From NCBI GenBank assembly GCA_963663195.1, contig OY760136.1, positions 4,286,300-4,350,299 on the forward strand: a DNA stretch of 64,000 bases. The letters run 5' to 3'. Positions 42,087 through 52,606 of the stretch are shown piece by piece. The notes beneath the pieces are model-generated. The model made no database searches. It worked only from the letters and a program-made list of their open reading frames with translations, and was not told the origin of the DNA. How positions within the stretch are numbered: the first letter of the stretch is position 1; each line of letters starts with the position of its first letter. Both the position numbers and the translations under genes were made by a program. This stretch comes from Vicinamibacterales bacterium (lineage in GTDB: Bacteria; Acidobacteriota; Vicinamibacteria; Vicinamibacterales; UBA8438).

Positions 42087-43604
42087 ATGCAGTGTGTGGC
42101 GGTTTGTCGCGACGTGCTGATAGTCAAGGCCCTGCACCGGGCCCTGGCAGCCAACCTCGACCTGGAATTCCTCCTCGGTGACCGGACCGCGGCGCGGCGG
42201 CTGGAGAGCGCCGGCATCCCGGCGCGCGTGGCCGACCCGCGGCTGGAACAGAGCTACCTCGAAGCCGGCCTGACGCCGACCACCTGCGTCATCGTCGAAG
42301 ACGACGGCAAGCGGGATCTGCGGCCCGTGCTGGAAGCCGTCACCGGCGCCGGCGCCACGCTCGTCTACGTGCTGTCCATCGGCGACCGGAGCCGCTCGCG
42401 CACCGATGCCTGGCGGGCCATCTCTCCCGACGTGACGGTGCTCAGCGTCGCGAACCTGCTCCAGGGTTCGCTGCTGACCGCCCTCGGCCGCTCGCTGACG
42501 CGCGCCCGGGTGCAGCAGTATCAGCGGCATTTCGCGGGTGCGGATCGGATTCTGATCCTGCTCCACAACGATCCCGACCCGGATGCAATGGCCAGCGGGC
42601 TCGCCCTGCGAAACCTGCTGCACCGCACCAAGACCACGGCGATCATCGGCGCCTTCCACGGCGTTACCCGCCCGGAGAACCTGCGCATGGCGAACCTGCT
42701 CGACATCAGTGTCGAGAAGGTGACCGCCGAGTCGCTGACGCACTACAAGAAGATCGCCACTGTCGACGTGCAGCCGCACTATTTCGGCGGCCTTATCCAT
42801 CGCGTCGATCTCGTGGTGGACCACCATCCGGAGCGCGCCGGATACACCGCCGCGTTCAAGGACATCCGGCCGGATTACGGATCGACGTCGACCATCCTGA
42901 CGGAGCACATGCAGTCGGTCGCCGCGAACGTCTCGGAGCGGACGGCCACCGCGATGCTGTACGCGATCAAGTCGGATACGCTGTTCCTCAGCCGCCACAC
43001 CCACCGTGCGGATCTCGACGCGTTCACGTTCCTGTATCCGCTGGCGAACGCCGCCCTGGTGCGCAAGATGGAAGGCGCGGAAATCACGGTCGAGCGGCTG
43101 CAATTCGTCTCGCGCGCCATCGAGTGCGGCCGCACGCGCAACCAGGTGTTCGCCGCCCACATCGGCGCCGCGCCGCGCGAGGACCTCATCCCGTACATCG
43201 CCGACTTCCTCCTGCAGCTCGAGGACGTGAAGTGGTCGATCATTTCCGGCCTGGTCAACGACACGGTCGTCATCTCCGTGCGCAACCTGGGCTACTCGCG
43301 CAACGCGGGCGGCTTCGTGAAGGCGTGCTTCGCGGACGTCGGCAATGCGGGCGGACACCGGGCGATGGCCAAGGCGGTGGTGCCGATTGCCGCCTTCCGC
43401 GACCGGTTCGGCAGCCTCGACAACGATCACATGTCGCAGTTGCTGAGCGACATGGCGGTGGAGTTCCTCGGCGAGGCAGCCGCAGCGCCCGCGGCGCCGG
43501 CCTCGGCGCCGGCCGGCCGCGCCGTCTCGCGGCGCAGCGCGGCGCCTACCGCGAGTCGATCCACTCGCCGCTCGCGCCTACCACGGAATTCACGAACTGG
43601 CTGA
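42087..43604 (+). CDS. DHH/DHHA1-family phosphoesterase (NrnA-like) with an extra N-terminal domain and a low-complexity tail
   Basis: ILILLHNDPDPDAMASG, VDLVVDHHPE, GSTSTIL and GGHRAMAKA (DHHA1). The tail is rich in Ala, Pro and Ser. Confidence 0.8.
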   Translation: MQCVAVCRDVLIVKALHRALAANLDLEFLLGDRTAARRLESAGIPARVADPRLEQSYLEAGLTPTTCVIVEDDGKRDLRPVLEAVTGAGATLVYVLSIGDRSRSRTDAWRAISPDVTVLSVANLLQGSLLTALGRSLTRARVQQYQRHFAGADRILILLHNDPDPDAMASGLALRNLLHRTKTTAIIGAFHGVTRPENLRMANLLDISVEKVTAESLTHYKKIATVDVQPHYFGGLIHRVDLVVDHHPERAGYTAAFKDIRPDYGSTSTILTEHMQSVAANVSERTATAMLYAIKSDTLFLSRHTHRADLDAFTFLYPLANAALVRKMEGAEITVERLQFVSRAIECGRTRNQVFAAHIGAAPREDLIPYIADFLLQLEDVKWSIISGLVNDTVVISVRNLGYSRNAGGFVKACFADVGNAGGHRAMAKAVVPIAAFRDRFGSLDNDHMSQLLSDMAVEFLGEAAAAPAAPASAPAGRAVSRRSAAPTASRSTRRSRLPRNSRTG

Positions 43605-44910
43605 ATGCATCCTCGTAGCCCCGCGACACCAGCTCGGCCAGCGTATGGCGGCGGTCGGACAACTCGTCGTAATCGCCCTTGAAGTCGAACGGCCCGAGCG
43701 GATTGTGGGTGGGACGGATCTGGAAGACGACCTCGAACAGCCGGCTGGGCAGCGCCAGCGCATCCCGGATCGAGGCGCTTTCAACGGCGACCAGCGATTC
43801 GCCGACGCGGCCGAGCGGGTCGCGCCGGCCTGACGTCAGGCGGCCCGGCTCGGACGGCCAGCCGCAGGCGGACACCAGGATGACCTGCTCGGCGCCGGCG
43901 TTTGCCACCTCCTCCAGCAGACGGACGGTCGACTCCGGCCGATCGCACAACCGGTGCGTCTCACCCTGCCATGCGCTCTCGTCCGGAAACCGCGTCAGGT
44001 GCGGCTCGGTCGCCGCCGGCAGGCTCAGCGATGCCGCGAGCATGTCGATGAGGTGGCGGTGGCCCGTATCCGCGAGGTCCAATGTCTCCAGATGCCGCTC
44101 CGCCGCGTCGTCACCCTGGCGCCGGAGGAAAAACGGCCGGCGGTATGGCTCGGCCAGCAGTGCCGCCACGAAATCACGGCGTGCGTCGAGATCGTGGACC
44201 AGCAGCAGCAACTCGCGGAACCCGGGCTGGCCCGTATTCTCTCCCAGCAGCTGCGCGTAGCGCTTGCCGAGTTCGGTCGCGTCCGGCCTGGCCGCCGAGG
44301 CGCTGCCGCAGACGACCGTCCACAACTTTCCGGCGAGCGTTTTCGTCGCGAACGACCGGTCCAGCGGCGCCCCCAACAGCCCCCACCAGAGGCCGCCGCG
44401 CGCGCGCCGGCGCAGTCGCGCGCGCAGCCACACAATGACGGCTCCGCCGGACAGCACGCCCAGCAGCAGCAGCAGCATGACGGTGACGAAGCGCGGCAGA
44501 TAGAGCGGCAGCCCGCCCGGATCGAAAAGCGCTTCCACGAGCCCGGCGTACTGCACGGCCAGCCAGCCGCCCGTTTCCAATCCGAACAGCTGCAACAGGA
44601 AACCGGCCGGAAACAGCGCCAGGCCGCCGACCAGCACCGTCAGCGGCACCAGCAGGGCGCCGAGCGCCAGCCCCAGCGCGAGCGCCGCCAGCCGCAGCGT
44701 CCAGCGCCAGCGATAGAAGCGGGCAGCCGTCTCCGCCGACCAGCTGCCGGCGGCGCCCCACAGCTGTTCCCCGGCGTCGATCGCGGCGAACATGGCGCCC
44801 GCGACGCCGATGCCCCGTCCGGCGACGATATCGATCTTGACGCCCGCCTCCTGCAGCGCCTTCAGCACGCCGGCATGGTAGGCGCCTGCCGTGCCCGTGC
44901 CCGTAAGCAC
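43546..44910 (-). CDS. patatin-like phospholipase-family membrane protein, nucleophile Ser apparently replaced
   Basis: The N-terminus LTGTGTAGAYHAGVLKALQEAGVKIDIVAGRGIGVAGAMFAA aligns to patatin GGGxxG...G-x-S-x-G, but with GRGIG. It has central TM helices. The only available start is the GTG at 44910. Confidence 0.65.
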   Translation of the reverse strand: MLTGTGTAGAYHAGVLKALQEAGVKIDIVAGRGIGVAGAMFAAIDAGEQLWGAAGSWSAETAARFYRWRWTLRLAALALGLALGALLVPLTVLVGGLALFPAGFLLQLFGLETGGWLAVQYAGLVEALFDPGGLPLYLPRFVTVMLLLLLGVLSGGAVIVWLRARLRRRARGGLWWGLLGAPLDRSFATKTLAGKLWTVVCGSASAARPDATELGKRYAQLLGENTGQPGFRELLLLVHDLDARRDFVAALLAEPYRRPFFLRRQGDDAAERHLETLDLADTGHRHLIDMLAASLSLPAATEPHLTRFPDESAWQGETHRLCDRPESTVRLLEEVANAGAEQVILVSACGWPSEPGRLTSGRRDPLGRVGESLVAVESASIRDALALPSRLFEVVFQIRPTHNPLGPFDFKGDYDELSDRRHTLAELVSRGYEDAFSQFVNSVVGASGEWIDSR

Positions 44911-44995
44911 CAGCGCCGTCCGCAGATCGGGAGAGTAGGGAAACGGCCGGGAGGGATCGGTAGAAATCGTCTCGACCTGCAGGCAGCCGAAGCTG

Positions 44996-45463
44996 CTATT
45001 CCGTATCGTGGATGGTCATCAACTTGACGACCTCGAATTCGCGCCTGCCGCTCGGCGTCGGCACGTCGATCTCGTCGCCGACTTCCTTGCCCATGAGCGC
45101 GCGGCCAATCGGCGAAGCGGTGGAGATCCACCCGCGGGTGGGGTCGGCATCCTCCGCCATGACGAGCTGATATACGAGCATACCGCCCTCGGGTTCGCGC
45201 AGATGCACGGTCGAACCGAATCCCGCCTTGTCGCGGGGCAGCCGCGACAGATTCATCAGGGCGATTTCCGAAACCCGTTTCTTGAGCATGCTGAGACGCG
45301 CCTCGACCAGCCGCTGGCGCTCCTTGGCGGCCTGATACTCCGCGTTCTCCCGCAGATCGCCCAATTCCCGGGCACGTCCGATCTCTTTCGGCAGCTCGCG
45401 GGTCAACTCCCGCTCGAGCGTCCGGATCTCGTCCTCGAAACGCTTGATGAATCGTGACTTCAT
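44996..45463 (-). CDS. greA: transcription elongation factor GreA
   Basis: [28 protein letters not shown]...[22 protein letters not shown], 155 aa. Confidence 0.9.
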   Translation of the reverse strand: MKSRFIKRFEDEIRTLERELTRELPKEIGRARELGDLRENAEYQAAKERQRLVEARLSMLKKRVSEIALMNLSRLPRDKAGFGSTVHLREPEGGMLVYQLVMAEDADPTRGWISTASPIGRALMGKEVGDEIDVPTPSGRREFEVVKLMTIHDTE

Positions 45464-45568
45464 GCCTGATGAACCCGGTCCGCGCGGCGTCCTCGCCGGC
45501 CCGCCGGTACAGGCTGTCCAGACTAGCACATCTGTTATGCTCAGCATCGCCGCGCACACCCCGCTCTC

Positions 45569-46393
45569 GTGCAGATCATCACCAGCCGGCGCAATCCGAT
45601 CGTCGCCCGCTTCAGGGCCGCCGCGCGCGAGCGGCGGGGCGACCGGCAGCAACTGCTGCTCGACGGCAACCGCCTGATCGACGCGGCGCAGCGCGCCGGC
45701 GTGCGGCCGGAAACCGCCGTATTCGCGCGCGCCGCGCTGCAGCGGCACGAGGGCGCACTGGCGGATCTGGCCGGCCGTCTCGCGGCGGACGACGTGACGG
45801 TGGTGGCCGCGTCCGCGCCGGTGCTGTCCGCCGTCAGCCCCGTGCGCACCCCGTCCGGCGTCGTCGCGCTGGCGCGGCATCGTCAGCTCGAGACGCGCCG
45901 GGCGTTCGCGGGGGCCGGGGTGGTGCTGGCGGCCGCCGGTGTTCAGGATCCCGGCAACGTCGGCGCCATCATTCGCGCTGCCGACGCGGGCGGGGCCGGC
46001 GGCGTGCTCGTCACGGAAGGCTCCGCCGATCCGTTCGGCTGGAAGGCGCTACGCGGCGCCATGGGCAGCACCTTCAGGCTGCCCGTGATAGACGCCGGCC
46101 CCGCACCGGAGGCAGTCGCGGCGGCGAGGGCGCACGGCGCGGGCGTGCTGGCGGCGGTACCGCGCGGCGGCACGCCGCTGCACGACATCGACCTGACGGA
46201 GCCGTGGCTCGTGCTGATTGGCGGCGAGGGCGGCGGATTGAGCGAAGCGGCCTCCGAACTGGCGGAAATGCGGATATCGGTACCGATGCGCCCCGGCGTG
46301 GAGTCGCTGAACGCGGCGGTCGCGGCAGCGCTGATCGTCTACGAGGCGCGGCGGCAGCGGACGGCTGCAGTCGCCTCGCAGGCCAGCAGGTGA
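45569..46393 (+). CDS. TrmH/SpoU-family RNA 2'-O-methyltransferase
   Basis: [35 protein letters not shown] and [19 protein letters not shown] start. Confidence 0.85.
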   Translation: MQIITSRRNPIVARFRAAARERRGDRQQLLLDGNRLIDAAQRAGVRPETAVFARAALQRHEGALADLAGRLAADDVTVVAASAPVLSAVSPVRTPSGVVALARHRQLETRRAFAGAGVVLAAAGVQDPGNVGAIIRAADAGGAGGVLVTEGSADPFGWKALRGAMGSTFRLPVIDAGPAPEAVAAARAHGAGVLAAVPRGGTPLHDIDLTEPWLVLIGGEGGGLSEAASELAEMRISVPMRPGVESLNAAVAAALIVYEARRQRTAAVASQASR

Positions 46394-47796
46394 ACGTGGA
46401 ATCGGGACACCTGTTCGAGCCGGCCGACGGCGACGCGCCGGCGGCGCCCGCGCCGCTTGCCGAGCGGATGCGGCCGCGCACCCTCGACGAGCTCGTCGGC
46501 CAGCAGGACATCGCGGCGCCCGGCCAGCCGCTGCGCGAGGCGATCGAGCGCGATGCCCTGCAGTCGATCATCCTGTGGGGTCCGCCCGGCACCGGCAAGA
46601 CGACCATTGCCCGCCTGATCGCCACCGTCACGCGCGCCCACTTCATCGCCTTCAGCGCCGTGTTGTCGGGCATCCGGGACATCAAGGCGGTGATGGCTGA
46701 GGCGGAAGCGGCCCGCCGGCGGCTCGGCCGCCGCACCATCCTGTTCGTCGACGAGATTCACCGCTTCAACAAGGCGCAGCAGGATGCATTCCTGCCGCGT
46801 GTCGAGGCGGGCGACATCGTGTTGATCGGCGCGACCACGGAGAACCCATCGTTCGAGGTGAACGCCGCGCTGCTGTCGCGCTCCAAGGTGTTCGTCCTCA
46901 GCCCGCTGAGCCAGGCGGAAATCGAGACGATCCTGGAACGGGCGCTGCGCGATCCGGAGCGCGGGCTGGGCGGCGAGCCGGTGGAGACGGCCGAGGGGGC
47001 CCTGGCCGCCATGGCGCGGCATGCGAACGGCGATGCGCGCGTCGCCCTGAATCTGCTGGAACTGGCGACCGCCATTGCGCGCTCCGGCGCACCCGGCGCG
47101 CAGGCGGCGGACGCTGACGGGCAGGCGGGCGCGCCGGCCGTCATCACGCTCGACCTGCTGGCGCGCGCCGTGCAGCGCCGCACGCTGCTGTACGACAAGT
47201 CGGGCGAGGAGCACTTCAACCTGATCTCCGCGCTGCACAAGTCGTTGCGCAACAGCGACCCGGACGCCGGCGTCTACTGGCTCGCGCGCATGGTCGAGGC
47301 CGGCGAAGACCCGCTGTACATCGCGCGGCGGCTCGTGCGCTTCGCCTCCGAGGACGTCGGCAACGCCGACCCCGCGGCGCTCCCGCTCGCGGTGGCGGCC
47401 AGGGACGCCGTCCATTTCATCGGCATGCCCGAGGGGAATACGGCCCTGGCGCAGGCGGTCATCTACCTCGCCACGGCGCCCAAGAGCAACGCCGTGTACG
47501 CGGCGTACAACCGCGCCGCGGCCGACGCCCACGGCGATGCCGCGGAGCCGGTGCCGCTGCACCTGCGCAACGCGCCGACGCGCCTCATGAAGGACCTCGA
47601 CTATGGCAAGGGGTACGAGTACGCCCATGACGACGCGGACGCCGTCACCGGCATGGACTGCCTGCCGCCGGCGATTGCCGGCCGCCGCTACTACCGCCCC
47701 ACCACCCGCGGTTACGAGAAGGAACTGGCGCGCCGCCTCGACGCCTGGCGCGCGCTGAAGCATTCGCGGCGGAACGCCGCGAATGACGACGGGTGA
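46390..47796 (+). CDS. rarA: replication-associated recombination protein A (AAA+ ATPase)
   Basis: [17 protein letters not shown]...[17 protein letters not shown]...[18 protein letters not shown]. The GTG start overlaps the TrmH stop (GTGA). Confidence 0.9.
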   Translation: MNVESGHLFEPADGDAPAAPAPLAERMRPRTLDELVGQQDIAAPGQPLREAIERDALQSIILWGPPGTGKTTIARLIATVTRAHFIAFSAVLSGIRDIKAVMAEAEAARRRLGRRTILFVDEIHRFNKAQQDAFLPRVEAGDIVLIGATTENPSFEVNAALLSRSKVFVLSPLSQAEIETILERALRDPERGLGGEPVETAEGALAAMARHANGDARVALNLLELATAIARSGAPGAQAADADGQAGAPAVITLDLLARAVQRRTLLYDKSGEEHFNLISALHKSLRNSDPDAGVYWLARMVEAGEDPLYIARRLVRFASEDVGNADPAALPLAVAARDAVHFIGMPEGNTALAQAVIYLATAPKSNAVYAAYNRAAADAHGDAAEPVPLHLRNAPTRLMKDLDYGKGYEYAHDDADAVTGMDCLPPAIAGRRYYRPTTRGYEKELARRLDAWRALKHSRRNAANDDG

Positions 47797-47800
47797 CGGC

Positions 47801-47971
47801 ATGCCGGGATTCTTGTACTACGCCGGACGCGGGCTGCAGTTGCTCGGGATGTGGCTGCTGCTGGTCTCGATCGTCACCGCCGGCCCGCTCGGCCCCAGCC
47901 CGCGCATCTTCGGCGCCGGGATAGCGGTGTTCCTGGCCGGCTGGCTGATCGTCCGCCGGCGCACCCGCTGA
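47801..47971 (+). CDS. possible small two-TM membrane protein
   Basis: MPGFLYYAGRGLQLLGMWLLLVSIVTAGPL...GIAVFLAGWLIVRRR. It has no family support and a weak RBS. Confidence 0.35.
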   Translation: MPGFLYYAGRGLQLLGMWLLLVSIVTAGPLGPSPRIFGAGIAVFLAGWLIVRRRTR

Positions 47972-47984
47972 CGCAAGCCGGATC

Positions 47985-49952
47985 CTACTCGGGCAGCCGG
48001 TACGCGATCAGCTCGGACGGATGGCCGGGGCCGCCGATGGCCAACACGATGTGCTGCCGGCCTTCGTGCAGGTAGGTCATGGGCGAACCCGTCACACCGG
48101 CCGGCATGTAGACCGCGCCGACCTCGGCGCCGGTCGCCTTGTCGTACGCCCGCAGCATCGCGCCGACCTCGCCCGACGGCGCGGTGAACGTCCCGGGCTC
48201 GCCGGCGATCAACAGCGTCCTGGTTATCAGCGTGCCGACACGGCCCTCGCGGCCCGTACGGGGGATGTCCACACCCTGCAGGTCCGGGTGGTTGCGGACG
48301 TTGTCGGGCGTCTCCCCGTGGGGCACCTGCCAAAGGATGTTGCCGGTCCCGAGATCGATCGCGCTGATACGTCCCCACGGCGGCTTGACCAGCGGCAGCC
48401 CGCGGATGGAGAGCGTCCGCCGCGGCGCCGGCACGCCGGGCGGGTTGCCGCGGATGAAGTCCATGTCGGAACGCTCGGGATCGTTCACGAGACCGAGCGA
48501 GACGATCCGGGTGTAGGAGTAGCCGTAGAAGATGCCGGTCTCAGGATCCAGCGACCCGCCGGGCCAGTTGGTGCCGCCCCCGGTGGACGGCAGCATCAGC
48601 GTGCCGTACGGGCCTTCCGGGTCGGCGACTACCGGCGGAGTGAAGATCGGTCCGAGCCGGAAATTGGACACCAGCTCAAGCGCCTCCGCGCGCAGCTCGG
48701 GCGTGAAGTCGATCAGGTCGTCCTCGCTGACGCCCTGCCGGTCGTAGGGGGGCGGATGCGTCGGGAACGGCTGGGTCCGCGCCAGCAGCTCGCCCGGGAC
48801 GTCGGAGGCCGGCATCTCGCGCTCCTCGATCGGCCAGATCGGCTCGCCGGTCTCCCGGTCGAACATGTACAGCCACGCCTGCTTGCTCGGCTGCGCCACG
48901 ACCTTCCGCTCCACCCCGTCGATCACCACGTCGGCCAGTATCGGCGCGCAGGGGAAGTCCCAATCCCAGACATCGTGATGAATGACCTGGAAGTGCCACA
49001 GCCGCTCGCCGCTGTCGATGTCGACCGCCACGACGGTGTCCGAGAAGAGGTTGTCGCCGTGACGGTGGCCGCCGTAGTAGTCGTTGGTCGGCATCTCGGT
49101 CGCGAAATAGATGATGCCGAGCTCGAGGTCCGCGCTCATCTGGCCCCACACCCCCGTGTTGCCCGTGTAGCGCCACGAATCGTTGAGCCAGCTGTCGTTG
49201 CCGAACTCGTCGGCGCCCGGAATCGTATGGAAGATCCACTTGCGCACGCCGGTATCGGCGTTGAAGCCGCGTACGTACCCCTTGGTGTTGCGCATCGAGC
49301 GCGGGGCGCTCCCGGGGACGTGGGCGGCCCCTACGACGATCGTGTCGCCGGCCACCAGCGGCGCCGAATGGAGCCCGATCTCCCCGGCGAGCGGGTCGAT
49401 TTCCTGATCCATGTTCTGCATCAGATCGATCATCCCGTTGTCGCCGAAGCCCGCCAATCGCTCACCCGTACGAGCGTTCAGGCCGATCAGCCGGTAGCCG
49501 GTCGTGGCGTAGAAGATCTGCCCGTCGCCGCCGTCGTCGCGATACGAGAGTCCGCGTCCCGAACGCCGCCGCGGCGAGGCCTCGGCCCGCTCTCCCTCGT
49601 CGAGGCGGTGGATCCAGAGCAGCTCGCCGGTGGCGGCGTCGAGCGCGAACGCCGTGCGCCTCGTGCCGCCGGTCGAGTAGACGACGCCGTCCACCATCAG
49701 CGGCGTCGACTGGAGGTTGAACTCGGACTCCGGTCCGAGGTTGGCGGTGGAGAAGCGCCAGGCGACCTCCAGATCCGAGAAGTTCTCGGCGCCAATCTGG
49801 TCCAGCGGCGAATAGCGCGTATTGGCGATGTCGCCGCCGTAGGTCCGCCACTCGCCGTTCTCCGTTCCCTGCGCCGCCGCGCCGGCCGCCGACGCCAGCA
49901 GCGTGCCGAGCATCGCGGCCCACGCCAAACCGTATCCGAAGCGGATATTCAT
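47985..49952 (-). CDS. PQQ-dependent dehydrogenase (8-bladed quinoprotein beta-propeller), secreted
   Basis: GGGAGG lies upstream of the ATG and a signal peptide follows. The sequence reads WRTYGGDIANTRYSPLDQI...LWHFQVIHHDVWDWDFPCAPIL, with repeated W-motifs. Confidence 0.85.
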   Translation of the reverse strand: MNIRFGYGLAWAAMLGTLLASAAGAAAQGTENGEWRTYGGDIANTRYSPLDQIGAENFSDLEVAWRFSTANLGPESEFNLQSTPLMVDGVVYSTGGTRRTAFALDAATGELLWIHRLDEGERAEASPRRRSGRGLSYRDDGGDGQIFYATTGYRLIGLNARTGERLAGFGDNGMIDLMQNMDQEIDPLAGEIGLHSAPLVAGDTIVVGAAHVPGSAPRSMRNTKGYVRGFNADTGVRKWIFHTIPGADEFGNDSWLNDSWRYTGNTGVWGQMSADLELGIIYFATEMPTNDYYGGHRHGDNLFSDTVVAVDIDSGERLWHFQVIHHDVWDWDFPCAPILADVVIDGVERKVVAQPSKQAWLYMFDRETGEPIWPIEEREMPASDVPGELLARTQPFPTHPPPYDRQGVSEDDLIDFTPELRAEALELVSNFRLGPIFTPPVVADPEGPYGTLMLPSTGGGTNWPGGSLDPETGIFYGYSYTRIVSLGLVNDPERSDMDFIRGNPPGVPAPRRTLSIRGLPLVKPPWGRISAIDLGTGNILWQVPHGETPDNVRNHPDLQGVDIPRTGREGRVGTLITRTLLIAGEPGTFTAPSGEVGAMLRAYDKATGAEVGAVYMPAGVTGSPMTYLHEGRQHIVLAIGGPGHPSELIAYRLPE

Positions 49953-50037
49953 GCGATCCTCCCGAGATTCGCCTTCGCTGGCGCCCTCAGTTTCTACATT
50001 CCGCGCCAAATGCACAACACGCGCTTGCGGCAAATGC

Positions 50038-52539
50038 TCAGAACCGGACGCGGACGCCGAACGACGGCAGCAAGGGAAACCCGGCCGTCGGCATCTCGAC
50101 CAGTCGGGGGCGCACGCCGTCCGGGTCGTGCAGCAACGCCGTTTCGAGCTCCACCGGGTTGTCGCGGTTGAGGAGGTTGATCACTTCCAGGTACCAGGAC
50201 CAGCGGCCGCCCGGGCCGCCCGGTCGGTGCGTCATCCGCAGGTCGACGCGCGCGTAGTACGGCAGGCGCCCGCGGTGCAGGTTGTCCAGTCCGCCGTAGT
50301 CGACGGCGTAGACGAGCGCCCCTACCGCGTCGCGCGCCGGCACGAGGCGTCCGGCGTCACCCTCCACCGACGCCACGCGCAGGCCCGTGCCGGGCGTGTA
50401 CGCGAACCCGGTGGCGACCTGCGCCGTCGCCGCGACGCTCCAGCGATCGTTCAGGCGGTAGCGGCCCACCGCGTTGAATGCGTGGCGGCGGTCGTACTCG
50501 AACGGGTAGCGCAGGCCGTATGTCTCGCGGTCGGCGCGCCCCCAGGCATACGACAGCCAACCGGCGAGCCGTGCGGCCGCGTTGGTCCGCGCCAGGTAGA
50601 CGTCGACGCCGTACGCGGTGCCCTTTCCGCCGTTCACCGGCACGCTGGTGATGGTCTGCGCCGCCGGGACGCTGGCCTGCAGCGCGGCCGGATAGTCGTA
50701 GCGCGCCAGGCGTCGGCGGCGCTCGTCCGCGGTTTCCAGCCGGCCGACGATCAGGTCGTCAAACGCCTTGTAGTAGCCCTCGACGCGCGCCAGCACGCCC
50801 AGGCCGAGGTCGCGCTCGTAGCCGACCACCAGGTGCGTGGCGCGCTCGTGCTGCAATGCGGAAACGAATTCGGGGGACAGGTCGAGGAAGTAGTCCGACT
50901 GGATCAGCTTCTCGTATCCCGGACTCTGCGTGTACAGCCCGCCCGCCGCGCGCAGGCGACCGGCGCGCCCGAGCGCCACGGTGGCCGCCAGCCGCGGCGC
51001 CAGCGTGACGCCGCCGTTCACCGTGCTCCAGTCCAGGCGCAGCCCCGGCTCGAGCGAGAAGCGCGTCGACGGCGCGTAACGATCCTGAATCCACAGCCCC
51101 CCGCGCGTCCCGCTCAGCGCCGTGTCGAGGGCATCGGGAATCGCCGCGCCGCCCCGGACGCTGGTCGGGTTCGCCGCGGCATCGTTGCGGTCGCCGCTGA
51201 TCGTCTGGCTGACGCCGGTCGCCAGGCGGTGCAGCTCCAGCCCGGCGTCGAGCGTATGCGCCGGCGTGAGCTGGAAGGCCAGCTCCTGGCGCACGGAGAA
51301 GTCGCGCACCGCCAGCGTGCGGTCGAAGATGATGCGTGAGAGCGCAATGGCGTCCGCGTCGTCAGGGGTATTGGAACGCCGGGAGTCCGACTCGAACTCC
51401 GCGTTCACGTCGAGCATGTCCGTGTTGCGGTACCAGGCGACGATGGTGCTCGACGTGGCGTCGGCGCCCAGGCGCGCGTCCAGCCGCACGGAGCCGAGGT
51501 CGTTGCCCGCGGTGGTCATGAAGCGGCCGGAGTCGCGCCCGTCCTCCTCGTCGAGCTGGAAGTCGGCGTTCTCCCGGCTCGACAACCCCAGCACGGAGAG
51601 TCGATGCCCGGCGCCGAATTCCCAGTCGGCCTGCGCCTGCACGTCGGCGAACGAGGGAAAGCCCTGATCCGACACCAGACCGGCCACGAGGTCGTAATAC
51701 GTCCGCCGCCCCGTCACCAGCCACGAGCCGCCTGCCGGCGCCGGCCCTTCGAGCACCACGTTGCCGTCCGTGAAGCTGGCCGACGTCGACCCCTGGAAGT
51801 CGGGTCGTCCGGTGCGGTTGTCCACCGTGAGGATCGACGACAGCCGGTCGCCGTAGGCCGCCCCGAAGCCGCCCGCCGTCAGCTCGAAGCGCTCCACCGT
51901 CTCCGGATTGAACGCGCTGACCAGGCCGAACAGCCGGTATGGATTATGGATTTCCACCCCGTTCATCAACGTCAGGTTCTGGTCCGGCGTGCCGCCGCGA
52001 ACCGCCAGCCGGCTGCCGAAGTCGCCCGTGGACGCCACGCCCGGCAGCGTGTCGAGCGTGCGGAACACGTTGTCGATGGCGCCCGCGACCTCGAGCACCT
52101 CGGTAGCGGCGATCGGCGTCGCCGACGGGCGCTCGGGCGCCTGCACGGGCGGCGTGACCCGCACGGTCTCGGCGAAGGTGTTGCGGAACAACAGGATCTG
52201 CAGCTCGGCGCCGGCGGAAACCGCCGCGGGGTCAAGCGTGACGGTAGTGTCGAGGTAGCCGGCCGCGGCGATGCGCAGCGACGCCTCGCCCGGCTCAATG
52301 GTGATGGTGAACTGTCCGTCGGGGCCGCACGTCACGCTGGCGGCAGCCGTGCGCACCTCGGCGCCCGGCAGCGGCGCGTTGGTCTGGCCGTCGAGCACCA
52401 CGCCGTTGACGACCGCCGTGGCCTGGACCGCCCCGGCGGGTCCTGCGGCGAGCAGCATCAGCGGCAGCACGCACCACCGCAGGACGCAATCCCGCCGGCT
52501 GCCCGCAGCGCGACCGTCGTAAATACGCAAACACTCCAT
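50038..52539 (-). CDS. TonB-dependent receptor with an N-terminal carboxypeptidase-regulatory-like domain
   Basis: VVNGVVLDGQTNAPLPGAEVRT..., the plug region LAVRGGTPDQNLTLMNGVEIHNPYRLFG, and the terminal sequence SFGVRVRF. Confidence 0.85.
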   Translation of the reverse strand: MECLRIYDGRAAGSRRDCVLRWCVLPLMLLAAGPAGAVQATAVVNGVVLDGQTNAPLPGAEVRTAAASVTCGPDGQFTITIEPGEASLRIAAAGYLDTTVTLDPAAVSAGAELQILLFRNTFAETVRVTPPVQAPERPSATPIAATEVLEVAGAIDNVFRTLDTLPGVASTGDFGSRLAVRGGTPDQNLTLMNGVEIHNPYRLFGLVSAFNPETVERFELTAGGFGAAYGDRLSSILTVDNRTGRPDFQGSTSASFTDGNVVLEGPAPAGGSWLVTGRRTYYDLVAGLVSDQGFPSFADVQAQADWEFGAGHRLSVLGLSSRENADFQLDEEDGRDSGRFMTTAGNDLGSVRLDARLGADATSSTIVAWYRNTDMLDVNAEFESDSRRSNTPDDADAIALSRIIFDRTLAVRDFSVRQELAFQLTPAHTLDAGLELHRLATGVSQTISGDRNDAAANPTSVRGGAAIPDALDTALSGTRGGLWIQDRYAPSTRFSLEPGLRLDWSTVNGGVTLAPRLAATVALGRAGRLRAAGGLYTQSPGYEKLIQSDYFLDLSPEFVSALQHERATHLVVGYERDLGLGVLARVEGYYKAFDDLIVGRLETADERRRRLARYDYPAALQASVPAAQTITSVPVNGGKGTAYGVDVYLARTNAAARLAGWLSYAWGRADRETYGLRYPFEYDRRHAFNAVGRYRLNDRWSVAATAQVATGFAYTPGTGLRVASVEGDAGRLVPARDAVGALVYAVDYGGLDNLHRGRLPYYARVDLRMTHRPGGPGGRWSWYLEVINLLNRDNPVELETALLHDPDGVRPRLVEMPTAGFPLLPSFGVRVRF

Positions 52540-52606
52540 GGTACTCTCAATCGACTATATTCCGGCGGCCGCCAGGCACCCCGGCGCCCGCAACTTCACG
52601 GTGAAA

